NCBI GenBank assembly: GCA_002633005.1
Contig: NMRA01000305.1
Location: 367,110 to 431,109 of the forward strand
DNA length: 64,000 nucleotides
From: Phoronis australis
Lineage: Eukaryota > Animalia > Phoronida
Reading direction: 5' to 3'
Part shown: one piece after another, positions 50,192 to 61,100 of the stretch
Layout of the letters: the number at the start of each line of letters is the position of its first letter
Position numbering within the stretch: the stretch's first letter is position 1
Notes under the pieces: generated by a model
Seen by the model: only the letters and a program-made list of their open reading frames with translations
What the model was told of the DNA's origin: nothing
Databases searched by the model: none
Program-made: the position numbers and the translations under genes

Positions 50192-50767
50192 AAATATTAT
50201 TTAAAGGAGAACGTTCGTCTTGTTCTGAGTTCAGCAACTCAAGGTAACAATCACAGTCCTGCTGTAACTTCTCATAATGAGTACTCTTGTACCTAACGCT
50301 CACAGTTGCATCCATTTTTCTACTCTGAGAAAACCCTGTAATTTACAGAATTCGACAGAACCCAGCCAAAGGGGGACGTAAGTAAAGATTCATTGGGCAA
50401 AATAACACGTAGTCTGGCACAGATTTGGCAGCGTTGACGAAAGTCACCAAAAATTAATACATTCTTGTAATGAAACTGGCAAGAACTGCACTTCATATAA
50501 TTTGAACAACACGTAATGGGCATTTTTACTGAATACAGTAGTATCTGAAAATTCAAACAAAAATAATTGCCAAAAATGCCTCACATACAATCTTCAAAGA
50601 CTTCCAACGTCCCACAATTTATCAAAACTGGTGTTGGCTGTGGTACAAAAAAAATGATTTACTGCTACGCATGTCGCATGAAAAAAATTACAAAACAAAA
50701 TTTTATCTGTCTGCCATATTGTATCCGGAATAATTGGCGAGATTTTACCATGATATTAATAATTACA

Positions 50768-50997
50768 CAGGGCTCGGAATTTTCCACTTTTATGAGGATT
50801 TCCTCTTTTTTGATTCCCAGTTTCCTCTTTTCTCATCTCGTTTTTTATCATTAAGACTTCATTCACACAAAAATGTTTATTTCAGTTGAATTTTACAAAT
50901 GTTATACAAAAAATATTTCTATTACACAAGCCCATTTGTGGAACAATACATAACCTGGAAAATTTTCCTTTTTTGCCATTGGTCATCCTAAGCCCTG
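50768..50997. mobile_element. hAT-like MITE with 6-bp TSD (copy 2)
   Basis: Same TIRs and similar internal sequence as 10644-10974; TSD ATTACA/ATTACA. Confidence 0.85.
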
Positions 50998-51201
50998 ATT
51001 ACAGAACTTCATCAGAGCAGGTACGACAGGCAGGGCAGACCTACTTTTTGCTTACAAACCACATCATTGGTGAAATGGATTTCTGGTTGAGTTACGCTGG
51101 GGACATCTGATGGCAATTCTTAGAGTGACAGACTCCGTTGTCCAAGTATGTCTTGATGAGACCTGATATTCACTAAATGCTAAAAATGAATGGGTTTTGT
51201 T

Positions 51202-51207
51202 TTTATT
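51202..51207 (-). terminator. candidate poly(A) signal of Reelin
   Basis: AATAAA on the - strand about 870 nt after the stop; an alternative lies at 51465-51470. Confidence 0.3.
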
Positions 51208-52072
51208 ATGTAAATGGACTTAAGAAGCAGGCAAGGTAATGGGAAACGAGAAATATCAAAAAGATGGCTGCCTCTACTCCACAGTCTAGAGAAATGTCCA
51301 GGTGGAAAGAACACAAGTGCGAACACACTTTTTGATTACTTTCCCTGAAAATTTTTAGATATTGTCGCCAGCGAAACGGTAGAAATGATGAGCAGAACAG
51401 AGGAACACATTGCAAGTTTGATCGAAATCGAACAAAAGCGCTAATAATGGTGACAATTTTAGTGTTTATTACGAAAAACGCAATGTACAATATCAAGATT
51501 TAATATCCAGAAAGCGTTACATCTAGCAAGGGTAATGGTGACAATAAACACCGATACCCAGGCAAAACTATAAGCCTGATACTGGACGGGTCTCATCACC
51601 TGTTGCCCCAATGAGGACCAGCAGCATCAGTTTCAAAATTGCTTTAGTCGATAATACAATAAAGCACAAACAGCCTTGTGACAAACTTACCACCAACCAC
51701 ATCACCCTCAACGCGTTTCTTTTTTGAAAAGCTACACTAACGTATCTAAGGTATAGTTTTAACACAGTGGCTTGGTAACGTAACGAATTGCAAGACCAGA
51801 CTACTGAAGCTGAGAAAAAATCCTGCATCACTTTAGCACATAGCACGTGACTTTTTTTTAAAAATGTACAACTAAACAGTACCGTATCACCACATCCACT
51901 TTCAAAAATACACAGAGAAGAACCAATTTTGGCATAATCTTCAGATCTCCAGAAGGACATTGGTACAGCCTTAACTATACTGTATCTTTTCAAGCCGCCC
52001 AAACAGTAAAACAGTCCAAAATATATTGTGCCTTTCCAACCCCTCAAAATAATGGTACACTCCATCCCACTG

Positions 52073-52136
52073 TTATCTCCCCAGGTCAGGGCGACCGCGT
52101 GGATGGAACCTTCGCATCAACTGCTCATGTCTGCTC
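52073..52136 (-). CDS. RELN: Reelin terminal CTR exon (M-SRHEQLMRRFHPRGRPDLGR*)
   Basis: cactttcag acceptor, phase 2 compatible, Arg-rich, position equivalent to the vertebrate CTR exon. Confidence 0.7.
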
Positions 52137-55100
52137 CTGAAAGTGAAACGCATCACTGACATGAGACGTACGACTCCTACAGTCAATACAAATATACTCT
52201 CATCTGGCACACAATTTTCTGCAAAAAACACTGCACAGTTTTCTTAGCCATATACTGGGAATCAGGTCTTATCTATGACCCACGGTGAGAATTTCAAAGG
52301 GTACTAAACCCTGTTTTGATGATTTCAACCAATCCTCGTTCCGGCACTTGCTAATGCATCAGTGGTGTCACTCTTCAACGATGAAAGTAGGAATCAACAA
52401 AAAATCAATTCTCCCTATATATCACAGATTGAATTATGGTTCTTGGTGGGTGGTCTTTCACCACAGTTGCCGTGTAATTTGCTAAAAGCATAGGTCACGC
52501 TTTCCTGTTTATAAGACTTGAAAGCAGTTTTCAAATTTCCCTCCAAACTTCTGAGGGTTGTCCGGTATTACAGAGCATTATTTTGAATCAGAGAATTGGA
52601 TGGAAAAGTCGTTTTAATATCTTTTAATAAGCCAAAACCCGGCTTGCTATCCTTTTAACTAATAACAAGACAATCATTCAAGAAACTCATACCCCACAGA
52701 CTGCCTTAAACTCCTCATTTCAGACTGCTTTACCACCAACACTATGAACACCACGATCTCAAACTGTTCTCGTTGACTCAAACTGCAGACAAATTTTTTC
52801 AGCAAAGCAACATGGCCTACAGACACCAACCTTGCCACCGAATCACAAATGTTTGTTATGCACACTTATTTCCATGTAAAAAACAAGGACAAAATGGGCA
52901 TACAACAGTGCCCTCTATAGGTAGAGAAACTGGCTAAACATGACCTTTTCCCAGACAAAACTCAACGCGACGTAGACGGGTAGGTGTGTGTCAGGGTGTG
53001 TTACGATTGCGTGATTGTGTTTTCGTTCTGGTTTTTCCGTTACATATATCAGGGCTTGGAATGACCAATGACAGAAATCGCGGAAACTTTTACGGCCCAA
53101 ATCATGCGCGCTACCCAGCCTTGAAATGGTCGATGAGAACGTTTCCCCGACAAAAATCGGGACTAAAAAAAAAAAGAAAAAAAAAAACGTTACCACCATC
53201 AGTAGCATGTGTCTGCGTCCTTTTAGCTCGTCGGTCCACTCCCAACCCACACATTTTTGGTTGCAGAGCCGTAGTATTTGTCGCCGCGGTTTACAATAAC
53301 ACGAGACGCCATTGAAAATCCCACCACACTATCCCAGATGCCCCGGCAATGTTGACAATTTACGTTCCTCCGAAACATAAAGAGCAACTTCCGCTTTTCG
53401 AAGGGAACGTCGTCTGCAACGCCGCGGTAAGAAAGGAATTTGCCGCGGAAATTTTAGATCAAATCCGATTTTTTTACGCGGAAATATAATAAAATGCGCG
53501 GATGAAACATTTGAAAAAAGCGGAAATCCGCGTTTCCGCGGAAAATTCCAAGCCCTGCTATATTTATGCGACTTCTAGTAACAAAGCGAAAAATGGACAA
53601 CTTACATTACAATTTCCACGTAATCGATGGCCCACTGGTCGTAGCCCTGACCGTCATGAACTGGTTGCCACCAACGGAACTGAACCCCACGCGACTTCGC
53701 ATCGAGCGGTAAGTCGTAGACAACGCGGGACGGGTGCGCCAACTCACGGGGGTCATGTGAGGCAATTAGGTGCCAGTTGATCCCCTGAAGTAAGATATCG
53801 TCCGTCATACTGGGACACAACGCGGCGATGACATTTGGCTTAGCGTGATTGGTCACGTCAGTGTAAAACAAAAAAGCATATCCTGTAAACTGACAGGAAG
53901 GGTGCTGCTTTTCTTGACATGGGTCATATTAAAATGATCTGTGCCTTCCATCCAAAGTACATGATTGTGAGCATAGTGGTGTACTCAAGAAAACGAATTC
54001 AAAACAACAAATCAGACACAGATAAAAATAAAGTTATTTATGTCTAAAAGCGCACATTGTTGTATTTTGAGTGTGTGATATCCTTTTTTTAAACTGAGCT
54101 TTCTGTTTCTATTCAGCTATTCTTCAAAATTTTAACAAATTCCTAAAATAATGTTCAGGTACCAGTTTTGTTAGCTGTGCACCATAAGCCATGATAGAAT
54201 GAAGTGAAATTTTCTTAATATTTAATTTTTCTACAACAATATCACAAAAACATGGAAGTCTGCTTTTCCCCAATGTTGTGTCTTAAATTGAAAAATTCTA
54301 TCACACACTAGAAAGGTTTATTCCCCATCACAGGCATGCACTGCTTTCATTAAGCACACAGGTGTTGACTGTTTACACTCACCCTATCTCTGGTGTACTG
54401 CAGCAGCACCACCTTGTGGTCAGATCGCTCATCTAACACCATGTTACAAGTTGAGGAAGGGTGGACACTGCCAATTTGTATCACAAACATGATTTTACTG
54501 AAAGCAAAATACTCAGCCTTATTCTCTCTATAGACATCCGTGCACTTTTGGTCTAAAGTGGCATCGCAGCAAGACACTTCAGGTTCCAGAGATTAGTATA
54601 ATTGTATTTTATCAATTCAGAATGCTTATTACGTTTTCGATAACTCACAGAAACAAGTACATGTCAGCACATCTATGTTATTCTGCAACACACTGCAGTA
54701 AGCACGTAACCCATGAATTGATTCTTTCATGCTGATGACATCTTCCAAACAATGAGAGCTTTTAATTTTAATATTTTAATATCAATCAAGACCTTTCTAA
54801 CTTTTAATAGAACTTGATGGCTTGACTAATCACGAAAGCAATTCACAAAAAGCACGAGTTACTTCATTCATTTTAAGAGCTCCTCGCATTCTGTCAGAAA
54901 ATGGGCCAAAGCCAAATTTTACTAGAGACACGGCTGGAAAACTGGCCAATCCTATACCATAAAATTTGAAAGTTGATCATGTGATTGGTCACATTTTGAG
55001 CTAATGTTCCAGTACAGGTTGGTGGCCACGCGACCTGATCCCATGGCATTACCTGACTTGTGACGTGTCCATTTCCCTGGTCACAGCTTCCCGCTGTCCA

Positions 55101-58100
55101 CATCCATTGAAGTAAAGTGTTTTACCATGAGCCGCTGGCAGCAAAGAGCCACAGCCATAGCCCAATGCACCCCCTCGAACTAATGACCAATAGGCTGATA
55201 TGGTTGACCCTTCAAACCCTTCAGTCATGGCTGTTAATAGTGGACTGGCAGATTTGTGACAGTATTCTCCTGACAAAAAAAAATTGTACAATGGAAAAGC
55301 ATGAGGCTTTATGAGAAAAGTTAGATTACTGTGAAATAAGAACTGAAACCCTAAAGAGTATTTGGGAGATGATGCTCAGGACATGATGAGAATGTCTAGT
55401 TACAACCTATTATCCCCAAATTCTTCTGAAAACCAAGACACGTTTGCACTGCCTATTGAACCCATCTATTGTTATGGAAGTGACCAGCAGTCAACAAGTC
55501 AAAGTCTTTCGGATGCTATTTAAAGTTGTTGTGATTAAACAAGTTCACACATTTTAAAAACATCTCAGACCAGACAGTGATAATTTTTCAGCAGCCTGTT
55601 TTACCAAAGGTCTTAAATCTAGTCGGACGGCATGCTTTTGCAAACCTTCCTTAAAAGTGAAAAAAATTATGCAAATGAATGTAATGTAGATGATTTTTCA
55701 TATTCAGACTTAACGACTTAACAATGACTAATTATATAGCATGAACTTTGACACTGGAAGACAGTCATGTAGTTGGTTAATTTTCAAGACAGTAAAGTTT
55801 TGAGAAAATTTTATTTGTCTGCCCAGATATCCTGCTTACCGCTTTGTCACAGCAAACAGTGTCTTTTAAATTAAGTGTCAACCTTAACCTAGGAATTTAC
55901 AAGCCCAACCACTTACCTTCATATCCAGGGTCACACAGGCATGACCCCTGATCACAACGCCCCCTACCATGACAGAGATGAGGACAACCCTCACCAATGT
56001 ACAAGTCATCAATTGACCAACTGGGAGCCTTAGCCTGAGTCGACGACTGAATCCAGCGGAATCGGGTAATACTGCCAGGAAAGAAGTGGACAACGATATC
56101 AAAACTTTAATTATAGAGAATCAAACAATTTTGAGTCAGCAAAAGTAGCCCCCAAAAAATTAATGTATTGTAGTCCATTCAGTCTTAAGTACAATCACAT
56201 GAAATACAACAAAATCTCAACAACTTTGGACGAAATAATTGACAAAAACGTCCTTCCACTTTCCAAGGGCTTCTAACATCACACATTTTCAAAACATTGT
56301 CAGATAATAGATATTATAAAAATTATCAAGAAAACATTGTCAGATAGTAGATATTATAAAAATTATCAAGAAAACATTGTCAGATAGTAGATATTATAAA
56401 AATTATCAAGAAAACATTGTCAGATAGTAGATATTATAAAAATTATCAAGAAAACATTGTCAGATAGTAGATATTATAAAAATTATCAAGAAAAAGCGTT
56501 CAATTCGGTGCTACATAGAACTTGCATGAAAAACATGATGGTATAATATTTCACTTGTTGGTCATACTACATTGTCCAAAACTGGTGAGATTTTACTGTA
56601 CAAAACTCTGCTCGTTCTTCCAAAAATAATTTTTTGGAAAAAACTGACTGAGGATATTCAACGTTTACAAACCAGCGCATTACTCCTGAAAAGTTTCGTC
56701 CTGTTCTAATGCCACCAAACATAAACAAATATTATAAGCAATTGTAATAAGTTTCTCATAATTTTGCACAATGGCTCAAAGTTGAAATGAATTAAATTTT
56801 AAAACCTGAAAGGTTTATAAAAATGTTGTCTTCATTGTCCTGGCAGTTCAAATTTATACAGATAAATACAGTCATGTCCTATTCACTGCGCTACCTGGTG
56901 GTGATGTCGCAAAACGTAAGAAATAAGTGCTCCGAGTATTTCTACAGAAAGCCTCAGTTTCAGCAGTGTATATCCTACCCTCATGGTACCAATGTACCAT
57001 AATTACTTTGAGAATGTAAGGTACACACTGCAGTCATCATGGCACTTGTACCATACCTACCTTGAAAATGTGTCCAGAGGTAGCGCCATATGACAGTAAC
57101 CCTGGTCCAGCCCCAGTACGTGTCAGTAAGGTATACACTTACGGTCACGGTACTTACTACATACCTTGAGAATGTATCTGGAGACAGTGCCACAGTAACC
57201 CTGGTCCAGTCTTGGTGCGTGTTAGCGCTGTACACACTACCTTCATGGTACTCATATGGCTCGCACCTCACACTATCCAAGTGGGAGGGGTAACATTCGG
57301 CAACAACCAATGACCAGCTGTCATTGGATGGAGACTTGTTGTACTCAAATCTGATTGGCTGGTTCAGGTTGCAGGATGAAGCAGAGTCAGCACAGCCAAC
57401 CACGACCTGTCAATAAGAAGAGAAAATTTAATCGAGGTGCATCAACGTAAACTATATAATACAAACATTTGAAAAGTAACCTAAACCCATTTTTAAAACA
57501 TGAGTACCCATAACTGTTTTAAAGAGAGTTATCATTATTCAACTAAACTTTGCAAGTCACTTTTAATTGTAAGTTTCTTCAACAAAATTTATCCCACTTC
57601 ATATTTTAAACTGTTAACGTCAATTTCATAATTTTTCCATTTTGTCGCCAGCTTAATATCGCTACCTTGAAGTGCACCATGTAGTGATCTTGTACAATCA
57701 TTTGACCAGTGGTCAGACTCCTGACCCCTTGACCTGTCGTCCATGTTATTGACTGACTGCTGCCATCACAAACATCAAACTCCACACTACCATGAGGAGA
57801 AAACTCCCAGATTGATCCATCAAGAGGCGATTCAAAGTTTTCCTGTAGGAGACTAGGGTTGATCTCATGGCCACCAATCAACACATTGTCCAGGGCCCAG
57901 AAGGGTTGTACACGGCTCTGGACAATGGATGAGGGTTGCCACCATCGCAACCTGGTATTGTGTGTTCTGGCTGGGTTAGGAAGGTGAATGTAATCGCGCC
58001 TAGGCTGAATGTAGTTGACAGCATCGAGGACATGGAGAGTGTGCCACTGGATACCTGGAACATGGATAAACTACATCATACATATTGTACACATAATACG

Positions 58101-61100
58101 ACGTGTGTAAAAATACAAATATGCCATTCATTTTTTTAAAACATCACAACATACGATGCCTATGACATATAGAGAGACGTCATACACCAAATGCAGAAAG
58201 ACAAAATACCGTTAACCTTCACAATGGCTAATAATACTTCCTGTCAGCATTGCCACCAATTTATTTTGTTTCTATAATTTTTAATTACATAATACTTTCC
58301 ACTTCATTACCGGTCTCGACAAAAAGCTCCAAGGACAATGAACTTAACATGAATTTGACTTGTGTCCAGCCATAGCAACGGCGGATTGGTTGGCATGGCG
58401 ATCATTTTGTCGGATTTTAATTTAATTTTCTCTCACAGTACATCTTTTGTACCCATCATAGTACCTTCTGCTTGTACTAAGAATAAGCTGTCATACTCGA
58501 CAATACACACAACAATATCTGACTGAGGCCTTTAATATGGAGATATGCCATACACGTTCTAAACACGTGACAATATTTGACGCCTATAACAAGGAGAGAT
58601 GTCATACATACTCTAAACACGTGACAATCTCTGAGGTCTGTAACAGGAGAGATACATACACATAACAATATCTGATGCAAGCAATATGGACAAATCGCAC
58701 ACATCTTGCGTACACGTATCAGACGTAACACAATTTGTGAGACGTGAATATCCCGCAATCAAAGTAATCAATCAAAGTAATCAATCAAAGTAATCAATCA
58801 AAGTAATCAATCAAAGTAATCAATCAAAGAATCAATAACAATTCCATTTGTGTCTGTTAAACACAAATTACATGCAAACACAAATTCATTCAGATTAATG
58901 CCTAGGTTCAGCTAAACACCCACCACTGAATATTAAGTAATGATATAAAAACACAAGATAAAGTTTAAAAAAAATACTGTTTCGCTTTTGTACATTCTTC
59001 TTTAATTATCATTTTATGCACATTTTTAATGCCTCTCGTGCAAAATGTGCAAAATTGTGGAAACAATGTTTCATGGGATTTTAGAGGACAGTGTCCAGGT
59101 ACATAAACGTCTGAAGTTTGGATATTTTTCTAAGGTTATACAACAGATTTCATATTGCTATACATGTATGTACTTGTTGGTAATGTTAATACTTCAAAAA
59201 ACGTTACACATAGGATCAATCTTCCCCTTGATTTCTTAGTTTCTTCATTTAAATGCCTCGGTATCAGCCTGAAAATGTAAAATATTAAGAGCCAATAAAT
59301 ATTGCTACACACCTCCATCAGTCGAGTATTGCAAGATGACATTTTCTCTGCTACCACCAGAGGGCAGTGAACACCCTGGCTTGGAGGAATTTCCACCAAT
59401 CATAGCAATGTATTGAACGAACCTGAAATAAGAGGTAAAGGTCAAAGGATGCAATGCATCTTTGAAAACATTTACTTATTAAGCAAAAAACAAGTCGTAT
59501 TCAGTTCTTAGTGTTCCAGTGCAAACGTACCTGGAATTCCTCAAATCTAATGTAGATGTCACCACCTGTCTTAGACCGGATCCAGTGAAGAACAGCATCT
59601 TACCATCCACCAGCTCACCACAGCCAGTACCTATAGCGCCACCTTGTGTCAGTGACCAGTAGTGGTTTTTGATTTCCAGGGAGTTGAATGTGTCCTTGAG
59701 GTAGGTCTACAATTAGAGACAAATTGGGAAACATGGTTAAAGATGTGACAAAAACAAAGGGCTGTGTAGACATGATGCAATGAACTATGACACACCCACA
59801 GTAACAGAAATATTTCATACCAAGATCAGTCGCCAGGTGGCGTGACCTCTCGTCCACAAGTTGCCTCACCTAGAACTGCCAAACAACATGCCATGGAAAT
59901 CGATGACGTTGCGTAAATAGTTTGGCAAAGCGACAATTGACATGGAAAGGAAGAAGTCATCAAAAGCAGAAATGGCCACTTAACACTGCCTTTAATGACT
60001 GACATTCAAATGCAATATCGTGCTTTTTCAACTGAAAATACTGCATCTGGTTACATGTGGAGATAACCTGACCGGATCATAGTGAGACAGTGTGCTGGCG
60101 CTGACTTACAAACTAAGTGACACCCATGACGGAAACTACAGATACCAACCAAGACCCATGCAGCGTCACCTGTTGGTCATGTGGATGAATGTCAGAGTCA
60201 TTGCCTAACATTTCACAACAATACAGAAAGACGTTTTGTATACAAAATATAGAGTATAAACTTCAATTTAAAAAATATACCAAGCTTTAAAAACCTTACC
60301 TTTGGATTATTCATCCAATAACAGGTATGGCCACTGTAACCGTGGTAACAGTTACAATTTGGGTAATCACACCACCCATTGCCATGGCACATGTGTCTAC
60401 AGGGTGGTCCAATGTACACATCACTTATTGCCCAAATATGAAGTGACACGTCCGAAAGGGGCGGGGCTTGTAGCCAACGGAATCTGGTTGCCCTAGAGAT
60501 AGGGAAAGATAAAGATGACATTTTTAATTTACAAGAAAGTAAACATTATTATACAGTTGGCAATTTTATCATCACTTTTGAAACTTGTTAGCGCATGAGT
60601 TAGACGCTTGTGAAATAGAATAAAAAGAAACAGTGGCTGCACTCTATTCAAAACCAGTGAAGACTTTTTTTCTGTTTGTAGCAATTACATCCGTCTTAAG
60701 AATCATTTAGTTGTGGCGACGATAATGTCTGTTAAGATTTTGTGAAAGATTTTGGAACTCAAGTTTAGCATACATGATGTCTACATTTTTTGTGAAACTG
60801 ATCGAGACAACCACTGAGCATAGCGATTATTAAAGTACGCTTGGTTTCAAAACAGGCTTAAGTGGCAAGTACACTTATTAACAGATCTTTATCTACGGCT
60901 CCAATCAGCTGGGTGATCAGTGTCTTCACCGCTACTTTGTACAGACAAACTTTCTTACAACACCCTACTCACTTGGAGACGACTGGTCCTTTCAGCTGGA
61001 CAGTGACCACTCTCCAACCTTTAGAGGAGTAAAGTATTGTCGCCATGACACCCTGCGGTGAACACTGTGGGCTGGATGGCAAGCACTCCTCAATCACAGA

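Noticed and set aside
51568-52065. 165-aa - strand ORF right after the Reelin stop
   Set aside because: It lies in the presumptive 3' UTR with no recognisable motif and a composition typical of T-rich UTR sequence.
52137-53605. Equivalent of the vertebrate 6-nt Reelin microexon
   Set aside because: I could not pick a supportable candidate by eye; RNA-seq is needed.
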